Source of the DNA: an uncultured Rikenella sp.
GTDB taxonomy: Bacteria > Bacteroidota > Bacteroidia > Bacteroidales > VadinHA17
NCBI GenBank assembly: GCA_964455705.1
Contig: CAYVYM010000009.1
Span: 20,846 to 84,845, forward strand
Reading direction: 5' to 3'
DNA: 64,000 bases
The notes beneath the pieces were generated by a model that searched no databases, had not been told where the DNA came from, and worked only from the letters and a program-made list of their open reading frames with translations. Shown here piece by piece: positions 1-8,937 of the stretch. The position numbers were made by a program, and so were the translations under genes. The stretch's first letter is position 1; each line of letters begins with the position of its first letter.

Positions 1-233
1 GGAAAGCTGAGTTTGACATAATGTTCGGAGAAGGAATATCGCGCACAGGCGAGATAGTCGATCTCGGTACGGAGTTCAACATCATAAAGAAGAGCGGTTC
101 ATGGTTCTCCTACGGCGATACCAAGCTTGCCCAGGGACGTGATGCAGTCAAAAAACTCCTGGAGGACAACCCTGAGCTTGCCGATGAGATAAAGGCAAAG
201 ATCGCCGAACAGCTAAAGGAAAAGGCGAAATAA
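1..233 (+). CDS. recA: RecA recombinase, C-terminal fragment (5' end lies outside the window)
   Basis: The reading frame is open from the window edge. The translation ..[63 protein letters not shown].. matches the conserved RecA C-terminal region. Confidence 0.9.
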   Translation, partial: KAEFDIMFGEGISRTGEIVDLGTEFNIIKKSGSWFSYGDTKLAQGRDAVKKLLEDNPELADEIKAKIAEQLKEKAK

Positions 234-420
234 GCTAAGGAAGGTCTGAAGGTCCCGAGGAGGTCGAAAGTCTGTAAAGTCCATGAAGTCCGTAAAGTCC
301 GTAAAGTCGAAAGTCGTAAGGATTTGCGATTTGCGATTTGCGAATTTTGATTAAATCGACAATCGAAAATCTGAAATCGAAAATTCCTCTATTGCCTACT
401 ACTTACTGCCTATTGCCTTC
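234..420. repeat. Modular short-tandem-repeat intergenic element, copy 1 (AAGTC units, GATTTGC heptamers, inverted AATCGA units, TAG-heptamer module)
   Basis: Read directly: 241-321 carries AGGTC/AAGTC units every 6-9 nt (..GTCCGTAAAGTCCGTAAAGTCGAAAGTC..). 322-347 is GATTTGC x3. 351-385 is AAATCGACAATCGAAAATCTGAAATCGAAAAT, an imperfect inverse of the heptamers. 389-417 is the TAG-heptamer module. The same module order recurs at 22191-22338. The element lies between the convergent recA and symporter genes. Confidence 0.8.
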
Positions 421-1856
421 TTTTCAGGGAACAGGAGGCTGAACAGAACGGCTGCCGTGAAAGCCAGCAGATAGCTTGCAAGACGTTCCGAGATGCCAGT
501 AGGATCAGCCAACCAGGTCTTCCAGATGATGGCTGACAGTGTGCCGGTGATGAGGGAGGCATACACTCCTCCGCGGGAAAATCTCTTCCAGAAGAGCAGG
601 AGCACAACTGCCGGGCCGAAGGAGGCACCGATGCCGCTCCAGGCGTAGGAGACGAGGCCGTAGACAGTATCCTCCATCGTCAGCACCAGCAGGAAGGCTA
701 CCACACCCACCATCAGCGTAAGGAACTTATTTAGAAAGAGCAGTTTCTTCTCAGACATGGGTTTGCGCTGCAGGTTAGCCCAGATATCCTCTGTGATTGA
801 AGAGGAGACTACTATCAGCTGTGACGATGCGGTTGACATCATGGCTGATACTGCTCCAGAAAGTAATATGCCCGCTAACAGCGGATTCAGCAGGGTCAGG
901 ACCATCACTGGCATGACTTTCTCAGCGTCTGCAGTAATGGCAGCAGCACCTTCACCCATTAAACCTGCCTGCACCATTCTAAAACCTATTATCCCGATGA
1001 GAAAGGCTCCGGTATAGGCCAGGAGGGTCCACCCTATGGCTACCACCCTTGCCCGCTTTGTCTCGGCAGGATTGCGCATTGCCATCATCCTGTTGAGCAG
1101 TTGGGGCTGACCAGTGTATCCGAACGCCCAGCTCAGGCCGTTGACCACCAGCAGGAATCCCGCTCCGGCAGTCATTGTTGTGGTAGCCTCATGCAATGCC
1201 ATGTCAGAATGTACGAGAGCCTCGGCGAAACCTATGCCGTTTGACGCGGCAATAAACAGGGCAGCTATCGGAAGCACCACGCAGGTAACTATCATCAGGA
1301 CAGCCTGAAACGCATCAACAGCTACTACAGTTATGAACCCCCCAAGCATGGAGTAGAGGGTGACGATGCCTGCACCTATCACCATGCCCCAGAAGGGTTC
1401 GATCTGAAAGGTGTCATTGAAGATCTTCCCGGCGCCACTGAACTGAGCGGAGAGGTAGAGGACGAAGAAGATAATGATGATCACAGACGACAGCAGTCCG
1501 ATTTTCTTTTCGGAGCCGGGAAATGTTCTGACAAATAGTCCTGATACTGTCAGGGCACCTGTTCTCTCTGTTACCCTTCTCAGAGGCTCTGCCATGAAGA
1601 TCCAGAGGAAGAGTATTCCTGAGACGCACCCTATGGCCACCCAGACGGCACTCCATCCTTCGGTGTAGGCAAAACCGGTCAGCCCCAGCAGCAGCCAGGC
1701 CGACTCACCCGTAGCTCTCTCAGAGAGTGCAAGAAAGAGTCCCGGTATCTTATGCCCCCCAAGTACAAAGTCGGCATTGGTCTTTGACCGGCGTGAAGCG
1801 TAAACTACGATGACTATCAGTAAAACGAGGTATCCGGCAAATACGGTGATCAGCAT
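399..1856 (-). CDS. Sodium:solute symporter family (SSF) transporter, PutP/PanF-like
   Basis: 485-aa polytopic membrane protein. The N-terminus (..ASRRSKTNADFVLGGHKIPGLFLALSERATGESAWLLLGLTGFAY..) follows the SSF signature region seen in PutP-type symporters. Confidence 0.8.
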   Translation of the reverse strand: MLITVFAGYLVLLIVIVVYASRRSKTNADFVLGGHKIPGLFLALSERATGESAWLLLGLTGFAYTEGWSAVWVAIGCVSGILFLWIFMAEPLRRVTERTGALTVSGLFVRTFPGSEKKIGLLSSVIIIIFFVLYLSAQFSGAGKIFNDTFQIEPFWGMVIGAGIVTLYSMLGGFITVVAVDAFQAVLMIVTCVVLPIAALFIAASNGIGFAEALVHSDMALHEATTTMTAGAGFLLVVNGLSWAFGYTGQPQLLNRMMAMRNPAETKRARVVAIGWTLLAYTGAFLIGIIGFRMVQAGLMGEGAAAITADAEKVMPVMVLTLLNPLLAGILLSGAVSAMMSTASSQLIVVSSSITEDIWANLQRKPMSEKKLLFLNKFLTLMVGVVAFLLVLTMEDTVYGLVSYAWSGIGASFGPAVVLLLFWKRFSRGGVYASLITGTLSAIIWKTWLADPTGISERLASYLLAFTAAVLFSLLFPEKKAIGSK

Positions 1857-2208
1857 GGTGTGTCCTGAACCAGGAATTAGTCCGTTGATCTGCTTAAAGG
1901 AAGTCCTGAATTCATTTCAAATATAGAAATATCAGATAATAAAAAAAACGATGCAGTCGGGTTTCAGTATCTCCGCGGATGGCTGTATAACACGGATATT
2001 CAACCCTCATTTCCAATTCTAATCCCAACCGGGCTGCCGGCATCCCTTAGAAGTCCGGTCCATAAAACAGAAAGTGAAGCCTGCACTTCACTCCCCGGAT
2101 TAACCCAATTCTATACCTACTGTTTAGATGACCGGTGATGCATACCCGTGGCAGGCATACGTTTCAACTTTCTCCCAGGCCGGTCAGATGAATTCCAGAT
2201 GGCCAGTC

Positions 2209-2628
2209 TCAGTTACAAACAGTCTTCCCTACAGTTATCTCACCTGTGAAATAACTGTAAGTCAATGTTCCGATATAGTGTGAACCACGGTCTCCTATCA
2301 GGTTATAGTGCCATGTAACATACCAATGATCAGTAAAATAGTACCTGTCAGTTTCCCTGACCTGAAAAACCTCACCTGTCTGGCTTGTTACTTCACCTTT
2401 TAGCTGGTCAATTTCGTAATACTTAGACCCGTTTGGAACAACATAGTGAACTCTAATGGTGCCACCTTCGAGTAAATCCATCATATTGTCTCCGCAAAAG
2501 ACTGGTGACCAATAAGCAGACAGGAACCATCCCTGTTCTGCCTTTTGACTCTTCCCCTGACCGTAAGCACTTGTCAGGGCCATGCCTGTAATAAGGCACA
2601 AACTGATTAAAATAGTTTTCGTTCTCAT
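2209..2628 (-). CDS. Hypothetical secreted protein (signal peptide), unknown family
   Basis: 139-aa ORF with an N-terminal signal peptide (MRTKTILISLCLITGMALTSAYGQ). It is aromatic- and beta-rich. I recognise no motif. Confidence 0.5.
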   Translation of the reverse strand: MRTKTILISLCLITGMALTSAYGQGKSQKAEQGWFLSAYWSPVFCGDNMMDLLEGGTIRVHYVVPNGSKYYEIDQLKGEVTSQTGEVFQVRETDRYYFTDHWYVTWHYNLIGDRGSHYIGTLTYSYFTGEITVGKTVCN

Positions 2629-2759
2629 GATTCAATGGTTTATTATATTAAGACAAGCTAGGCACAACGTTCGAATGGCTTTTGACTCTGTGTCCCAAAA
2701 TCTTTGCTGTGCGTACCAAACATCAAATTATTTACACTGGTTTTAAGATTCACATCCGC

Positions 2760-3374
2760 TCACTGTTGGTTACCCCTGACCAGGGTAATGGTACCTCTCC
2801 AGTGATGGAACGAATTATCAGGAAAGGAATCCCTGTTGTAATCATCGGTGTAACCACTTCCGGTGGCACCCTCGAACCTCCCGGTTCCACCCATTATTAC
2901 AAACGGATCTTTGAAGTATGAATTTACGTCTGCAGGATGATAGTCAAGCCTTCCGTTAAGTACCTGTCCGGCACATGAGACATATAGAATATCTCCGTTG
3001 GCAGCTGTGAAATAAGCTACCATGTGACCAGTCGGGCCTGGATAAATGCCAGATATGAAATCACAACAGAATTCAAAGTAATGGGTAAACTGGCCAAGAT
3101 GGGTCCCCGTTCCGCCGCCTTCATTGATCACCTGACCCCACATGACACCGCCTTCGAAGTCCCACGCACCGCAGGATGATTCGGGCCCGGCATACATATA
3201 AGTTCCTACAAAATCCGCCTTGAACGGCACAGTTACCGTTTTAGGCTCAGCCTTCCCCTTCTTTAGGCTGACATCCGTGTCATTATCAAAAAAAGTGTCA
3301 GATTTTGAACATGACAGGGTAAGGCAGACAGCTGCCGTTAAGAGAAAGATTTTTTTCAGAGTTTTCATAATCAC
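2760..3374 (-). CDS. Hypothetical lipoprotein, unknown family
   Basis: 204-aa ORF with a lipobox-type signal (..AAVCLTLSCSKSD). It lies directly downstream of the AraC-TPR regulator on the same strand. Confidence 0.55.
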   Translation of the reverse strand: MIMKTLKKIFLLTAAVCLTLSCSKSDTFFDNDTDVSLKKGKAEPKTVTVPFKADFVGTYMYAGPESSCGAWDFEGGVMWGQVINEGGGTGTHLGQFTHYFEFCCDFISGIYPGPTGHMVAYFTAANGDILYVSCAGQVLNGRLDYHPADVNSYFKDPFVIMGGTGRFEGATGSGYTDDYNRDSFPDNSFHHWRGTITLVRGNQQ

Positions 3375-3589
3375 TTGTTTTAGTTTAACACCAAGAAATT
3401 CCTTATCCTTAATTCTGATTCAAAGTTCAGCCTAACGAGGAGTGATTGCATAGAACTCTCCGTGCCATTGCTTTAAACAGTGATGCAGATATTTAAACTA
3501 TGTTGCACAGGATGCAACAACCCAGTCTTTATCGGATTCTTGTAATGGAGATCAACTGCCGGTAATACTTTCTGCGGTCAGATGTCGCT

Positions 3590-5548
3590 TTACCCTGGGG
3601 GCCTGGTGTTGTAGGGAGTAAGACCTGCTTTCTCAATGACCGCAAGGAACCGGGGGTCACTGCGCAGGATGTCAAAATCAGGATTGGTGGCAATGAGGTT
3701 GAAGTAGTGTTTTGGAATAAAAGAGGTTTCAATGGTCTTTTCAAACCACCTGATCGATTCCTCCCTGTTGCCCAGAATGGCATTCCACCATGCAACGAAG
3801 AACGGATGCCCGGTCAGCCCATCAACAGGGATAGGCCTGTTAATATTTATGTCTATAAGCCATGTAAATATTCCATCAATACCTGATTTACGGTATGCAT
3901 CAATCACCTCATCTCCGAGGTGACTGACAGGAGGATAACGCTTAAAGAGGTCGTGCAGTGCCATTGCCGCTTTCTCCCCCTCTCCCAGCTTTACGTAATG
4001 AAGAGCGAACAACCAACTGTTGTCAATGAAATCAGGATTAAGGTCGCGTGCAATAAGACAGGCATCAATTCCCTTCTCATATTCCTCTTCGAAGTAATAG
4101 ATCCAGGCACTCAGGTTATGTACCACCCAGAAATAGGGTTCGAGTTCCACAGCACGGTCAACATGTTTCCGTGCATCTTCAATAGGACCTGTAATCATAA
4201 GTAGCTGTGCATACCATTGATACGTCGTGGGATAATTCGGGTTCAGCTCAAGTGCTCTTCCTAATTCTGTTTTGGACTCTTCAAATTTTCCTTCAGGATA
4301 TGCCAGCCATACGCCCCTTAATGCATGAGCCTCCGCGCAATCGGGATCAAGCTCCAACGCTCTGGTGAAATTCTCCCTGGCCCTTGCAATACCATCATAA
4401 TAGGGTTTGAACCAGCCCCATGCCGAAAGATTATACCATGCATTGGCCAGCCCGGCATATGCTTCGGCAAATGTTGAGTCTTTGGCAATCGCCATCTCAT
4501 AGTACTTCAGGCTGGCCATGAGTCCCTCCCTACTGATGTCAAAACGCTGTATATCATTGGCCTTGTGCAGGAGAAATCTGGCTCTGATATAATAATCATA
4601 TGCTTCGGGATTCTCTGTAGGCAGTTCCTCGACCTGACTGGCATCACTCTCAGAAATGATTGCGTTCAGTCTCCTCGCTACCTGCCTGGCTATTTCATTC
4701 TGAAGACCTAGCATATCAGTCAGCTCACGGTCGTAATTTTTCGACCAGAGATGCTGCTCCTTCTTCCCGTCAATAAGCTGTACTGTGACCCTGACCTTAT
4801 CATCCTGCCTTCTTACACTGCCTTCGAGTACATTCCTGGCATTCAGTTGTCTGGATATTTCACCTGATGTGAGGTCAGTGTCACGAAAATGCTCAGAGGT
4901 TGTACGGGAGATCACCCTCAGATCGCTGACCTGATAAAGGCTGTTAAGGATGTCTTCCATGATGCCGTCAGCAAAATACTGATTGTCAGGATCCGCGCTG
5001 AGGTTCTTAAAGGGCAGGACCACTATAGACATATCCTTTGACTTTCGCTGCGGACTAATTGCAATCACAAGAATAAGGGCAGCAACAGCAACAATGAGAG
5101 CTGACAGAGCCAATATTCTTTTCCGCTTTAACCCCGGATCTGCGGCGGCAGGCTGTTGACTCTCAGACTCGCCTGGCAAGATACCCGGTTTATCTGTCTC
5201 ATGCTCTACAATCCGTTTCCTCTCTTCGCCCGGAGTGTAACCGTAATACTCATGAAAACACTTTGAAAAGTATGCCGGACTGCCGAAGCCCACCCGGAAT
5301 GCCACTTCAGATGCGGTCATGGAACTGTCACGAAGCATCTCCTGTGCCTTCTGCAGGCGGATCTCCCTGATGAAGTGGCTTGCATTCCGCTTCCCAAGAT
5401 ACCTCAGCCTGCGGTGAATAGCCGACCGGCTCATATGCGCTTCCCGGGCCAGCTCCTCAACATCAAAGTCCTCTCTTGACATGTTAGCCTCAACTATCTC
5501 ACTGAGCTTGCGGAGAAAAGACTTGTCCTTTACAGAGGGGTCAGTCAT
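3590..5548 (-). CDS. Membrane-anchored AraC-family HTH regulator with a TolB-N-like segment and a TPR-repeat sensor domain
   Basis: N-terminal AraC HTH (..IREIRLQKAQEMLRDSSMTASEVAFRVGFGSPAYFSKCFHEYYGYTPGE). One TM helix (ILALSALIVAVAALILVIAI). A VVLPFKNLSADPDNQYFADGIMEDILNSL segment, then multiple TPR-like repeats (AEAYAGLANAWY.., ALELDPDCAEAH.., ALELNPNYP..). Confidence 0.75.
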   Translation of the reverse strand: MTDPSVKDKSFLRKLSEIVEANMSREDFDVEELAREAHMSRSAIHRRLRYLGKRNASHFIREIRLQKAQEMLRDSSMTASEVAFRVGFGSPAYFSKCFHEYYGYTPGEERKRIVEHETDKPGILPGESESQQPAAADPGLKRKRILALSALIVAVAALILVIAISPQRKSKDMSIVVLPFKNLSADPDNQYFADGIMEDILNSLYQVSDLRVISRTTSEHFRDTDLTSGEISRQLNARNVLEGSVRRQDDKVRVTVQLIDGKKEQHLWSKNYDRELTDMLGLQNEIARQVARRLNAIISESDASQVEELPTENPEAYDYYIRARFLLHKANDIQRFDISREGLMASLKYYEMAIAKDSTFAEAYAGLANAWYNLSAWGWFKPYYDGIARARENFTRALELDPDCAEAHALRGVWLAYPEGKFEESKTELGRALELNPNYPTTYQWYAQLLMITGPIEDARKHVDRAVELEPYFWVVHNLSAWIYYFEEEYEKGIDACLIARDLNPDFIDNSWLFALHYVKLGEGEKAAMALHDLFKRYPPVSHLGDEVIDAYRKSGIDGIFTWLIDININRPIPVDGLTGHPFFVAWWNAILGNREESIRWFEKTIETSFIPKHYFNLIATNPDFDILRSDPRFLAVIEKAGLTPYNTRPPG

Positions 5549-5654
5549 ACCGGTTAATTTCGTTCATTGAAATTTACGAATTTCCAAACTACAAGTCAAT
5601 ACCCCGGGAGGAGACTGAAAAGCTGAAAATTCTGTAAATATCACTGAGCGGGAA

Positions 5655-8600
5655 CTACCACCCCGGCAAGAAACTCAGCCCGAATACGCCGTTGCGGAAT
5701 CCTCCGTTCTGCAGCGGGAAGGCATAGTATGGCTCAAGCACCAGGTAACCCAGGAGGTTTATCCTCACTGATGCACCCGTACTGAGCAGCGGATACTTTT
5801 GATTTGCAGAAGGCGTGATACCTTTCCGCCCGGTGATTATCTCATCACCCTTGTACCACGCCAGCCCGGCATCAATAAAGAGGTTCACATCAGTCAGAAA
5901 ATACCTCGACTTAATAAGTGCCAACCGCTCCGGTCCGCTGAACGGAAGCCTGAACTCAGCATTGGCAACAGCTATCCTCGTACCGGCCAGCCTGGATATG
6001 TCAAGCGAGCTCATGCCCAGGGTACTCTCCTGCCCGTAAGAGACGTTCTCATAACCCCTGATCAGCCACGGGTAACCCAGGTAAAAAGGTTGAAGCGGAG
6101 TATCTCCGGAGCTCCCGCCGTACATGCCGTAATTGTATGCACGGAATGCCAGCCCTACAGGCTTCATCCAGAAGTATTTCCTGTAGTCAAAAAGCGCTGT
6201 ATAAACGTCGGTGGCCCCGAAATACTTGTCTACCTGAAACCTCGCGCGGTGACCTTCCAGGGGTGAGGTCATACCCGATAGAGAGTTGTCCACCACGTAA
6301 GCAAGCGATATCTGCTGGTAACTGTTCCCACGAGGTGCCGGCATCTTCTCCCTGGTGCCGCCAATGCTGACACCGTTAAGCAGATAGTAGTAATTGAACC
6401 TGTCTATACGGTAATAGTACCACGACGACGACAAAGTTGTTTCAAGCCTTTGCGTCTGGGAGAACGGCCATGAGGCATAGAACGTGATGTTATCTTCAAA
6501 CATGCGGATGTAATCAAGTCTGAGTACATCAACCGGCACCCTGGCATCCTGGTAATTGACCGAATCCCTGGCAAATGAAATGCTGCCCGCACGATAGGGT
6601 ATGTGCGACAGTGCGGCACCCCACTTGATGGCCCCCCTCTGGTTGAGATAGGCTGTCTGCCCTCCGAAATCATAGATCTCACCATTGAGGGCCAATACTG
6701 AGTAAAGCTGGTTGTCACCAACCATGTCTGAGAAAATCATGGTGACACTTCCCCCGAGGTTATTCCTGTAAATACCTCCGGAGACCCCGATATTGGCGTT
6801 ATTTGAAATATAGTCGAGTTTGAATTTTGGTCTGTATGAAGTACTCCTGACCGAATCGGCAGGCAGAATGAGATCCTCTGTTCTGCTGTACAGGGCTGTA
6901 TCAACAAGGTTGTCAGCTACATGCCTGAGGGGAGGCAGCGTGGCCGGACCGAAGTCCAGGCTGTCCGGGTCAACCCCGGCGGACACAAACTGCCTGGCAT
7001 CGGCAACCACAATATGATACGCGTTGCCGGAATAGTAGTTATAGGCAATCTGCCCCGAACCGTGTGAGATGCTTATGGCAGGCGACCAGGGGGTGATCCC
7101 GCTGATCCCTGTCAGGTAGTTTGTCAGCCTGGAAAGAGTGCCGGCTTTGAGCTCATACCTGTAGAGGTTCCTGAAACCGTCTGCATCAGAAAGGAAGTAT
7201 ATCGCTTCACCGTCAGCAGAAAAGAGGGGATTCAGGTTGAATGCACCCCCGAAAAAGGCGAATTCTCTGACGCTCATGTCTGTCAGATCAAGGAGAGAAA
7301 TGTTAAAGGTGTATTTGCGAAGACCCTCTCCGTTGTTTTTTTTCTCCTGTGAGAAGACCAGAAAGCGGCCGTCAGGCGACCATGAAGGATGCAGGTTGGC
7401 CTCCAGATCAAAGGTGAGCCTTTCAACATTTCCCGATGCGAGATTATACAGGTACAGGTCGCTTGATCCGCCGGACATACCTGAAAAAGCGATCTTCCTG
7501 CCGTCAGGAGACCACGTAGGATTGAAGATCGAAGGCACATCTTTTATTACTGCCTCACGCGTGATTTTTCCTCTCTTTACATCGAAGAAGGCAAGCTTGT
7601 TCATCCCCTTGCTGAAGACTACGAAGGCGAACTTCCTGCTGTCCGGAGACCATGTACCGGCCGACTCAATTGAATTGAAATCCTCCACACTGCGGGCTGT
7701 TACACCGGAAAGCCTGTGCAGTGTCCTGCCCGTTACCGCGTCTGCCACGTACAGGTCAAGACTGAATATATTCTTCTCAGAAAAGTAAGCTATGTATTTT
7801 CCGTCGGGACTTATTGAGGGTGAGATATTCAGTCTGCCCCCGTTGGTCCGGGAGATCAGTTTCGTCCCCGTTATACTGTCCTTTCGTCCGTTGATATACT
7901 GGCCGTAATGGAGCTCCGTTGCGCTCTTCCACATTCCTGAAAGGGTCTTTTCGTCATAACCGAGAACACTGTCTGCCGCCTTGTTGAAACCGAGTTCACC
8001 CGTCTTCATGAGCAGTGGCACCAGGAGTGAGTCACCCCATGTTTTGCCCGCCAGGGCCATAAATGCCTGCCCGTACCTGTAGGGGAAGTACCTGGAGTCG
8101 GTCGACAACTTCCTGATAGTGGGAAAATCATCGTTTATCAGTGCATCCCTCATCCACATAGATGTATTGGGATCAACGCTCCCCAGGGAGAAGTACTCCG
8201 CCATCCCCTCTATCATCCAGAGGGGGATATTGGCCAGTGAGGCTTTTGAGGCGGTATCGCGCCTGAGAAACATGTTGTACTGGAATGCATGAACCAGCTC
8301 ATGCCCGAGAGTATGATCAGTCTGGGCAAGGGACGGTGCAACGGGCATGACAACCCTGTTCTTAAGGCTCTCTGTGACCCCGCCAGTGCCGGGTCCTATC
8401 AGTGAACTGATTGTATTGGTCTGCTGGAAGTCTGCATGAGTGTTATAGAAAATCAGAGGATTCCTGACCTTAAAGGTGTCCCTGAAAAAGCCCTGATGGA
8501 TTCCGTACCACTCCTCGGACCATTGCGAAATGGTATTCACCAGCGAGTCATCCTTCAGGTAATGATAAATCTCGAAATTGGGAGTCTGCAACACTTCGAA

Positions 8601-8735
8601 CCTGAAAGTGCTGTAACCTGGCTTGTTTCTTCCGAAATATTGTGCTTCCGCATCAGTAATCGCCAACAGACCGGCCAGAAGAAACAGCCATGCCAGCCTG
8701 AACCTTAATCCCCCTGTAATACCTGTCGAGCTCAT
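5655..8735 (-). CDS. Secreted multidomain protein: HExxH gluzincin (peptidase MA-like) + PD40/TolB-like beta-propeller + C-terminal outer-membrane beta-barrel (Omp85/surface-antigen-like)
   Basis: Signal peptide. HELVHAF followed by EGMAEYF (HExxH...E). Repeated PD40 motifs (SPDGKYIAYFS, WSPDSRKFAFVV, WSPDGRKIAFSG, WSPDGRFLVFSQ). The C-terminal ~350 aa have alternating beta-strand character and end ..GLSFLPGW (terminal aromatic residue). Confidence 0.7.
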   Translation of the reverse strand: MSSTGITGGLRFRLAWLFLLAGLLAITDAEAQYFGRNKPGYSTFRFEVLQTPNFEIYHYLKDDSLVNTISQWSEEWYGIHQGFFRDTFKVRNPLIFYNTHADFQQTNTISSLIGPGTGGVTESLKNRVVMPVAPSLAQTDHTLGHELVHAFQYNMFLRRDTASKASLANIPLWMIEGMAEYFSLGSVDPNTSMWMRDALINDDFPTIRKLSTDSRYFPYRYGQAFMALAGKTWGDSLLVPLLMKTGELGFNKAADSVLGYDEKTLSGMWKSATELHYGQYINGRKDSITGTKLISRTNGGRLNISPSISPDGKYIAYFSEKNIFSLDLYVADAVTGRTLHRLSGVTARSVEDFNSIESAGTWSPDSRKFAFVVFSKGMNKLAFFDVKRGKITREAVIKDVPSIFNPTWSPDGRKIAFSGMSGGSSDLYLYNLASGNVERLTFDLEANLHPSWSPDGRFLVFSQEKKNNGEGLRKYTFNISLLDLTDMSVREFAFFGGAFNLNPLFSADGEAIYFLSDADGFRNLYRYELKAGTLSRLTNYLTGISGITPWSPAISISHGSGQIAYNYYSGNAYHIVVADARQFVSAGVDPDSLDFGPATLPPLRHVADNLVDTALYSRTEDLILPADSVRSTSYRPKFKLDYISNNANIGVSGGIYRNNLGGSVTMIFSDMVGDNQLYSVLALNGEIYDFGGQTAYLNQRGAIKWGAALSHIPYRAGSISFARDSVNYQDARVPVDVLRLDYIRMFEDNITFYASWPFSQTQRLETTLSSSWYYYRIDRFNYYYLLNGVSIGGTREKMPAPRGNSYQQISLAYVVDNSLSGMTSPLEGHRARFQVDKYFGATDVYTALFDYRKYFWMKPVGLAFRAYNYGMYGGSSGDTPLQPFYLGYPWLIRGYENVSYGQESTLGMSSLDISRLAGTRIAVANAEFRLPFSGPERLALIKSRYFLTDVNLFIDAGLAWYKGDEIITGRKGITPSANQKYPLLSTGASVRINLLGYLVLEPYYAFPLQNGGFRNGVFGLSFLPGW

Positions 8736-8886
8736 AACCTACCTCCTTTAATTACCTTTTTAATAATAATTTCCACTCAGTCGGTTGATGAACCATTAAG
8801 ATCACCAGTGAATCAGATTCAAAATTTATGCCAAGACATTTCCCCTGTTTTAGCCCCATTTTTAATTTCGGCAGCGTTTAATTTTT

Positions 8887-8894
8887 TATTTTTG
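8887..8894 (+). promoter_or_regulatory. Candidate Bacteroidota -7 promoter box (TATTTTTG, fits TAnnTTTG)
   Basis: Exact fit to the TAnnTTTG consensus, 44 nt upstream of the ATG at 8938, in an AT-rich divergent intergenic region. Confidence 0.35.
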
Positions 8895-8937
8895 AAAATC
8901 AGCTGAAAGGAATCCGCTACAAGAAAACCCACACGAT

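Noticed and set aside
7237-7788. 183-aa plus-strand ORF inside the peptidase-MA/PD40 gene. Similar long antisense ORFs lie at 5799-6266, 9427-9963, 12856-13443, 29882-30364 and 42545-43063.
   Set aside because: All lie fully antisense to long ORFs with strong family motifs. They have low-complexity, Ser/Arg/Pro-rich translations and no recognisable motifs, which is typical of shadow ORFs.
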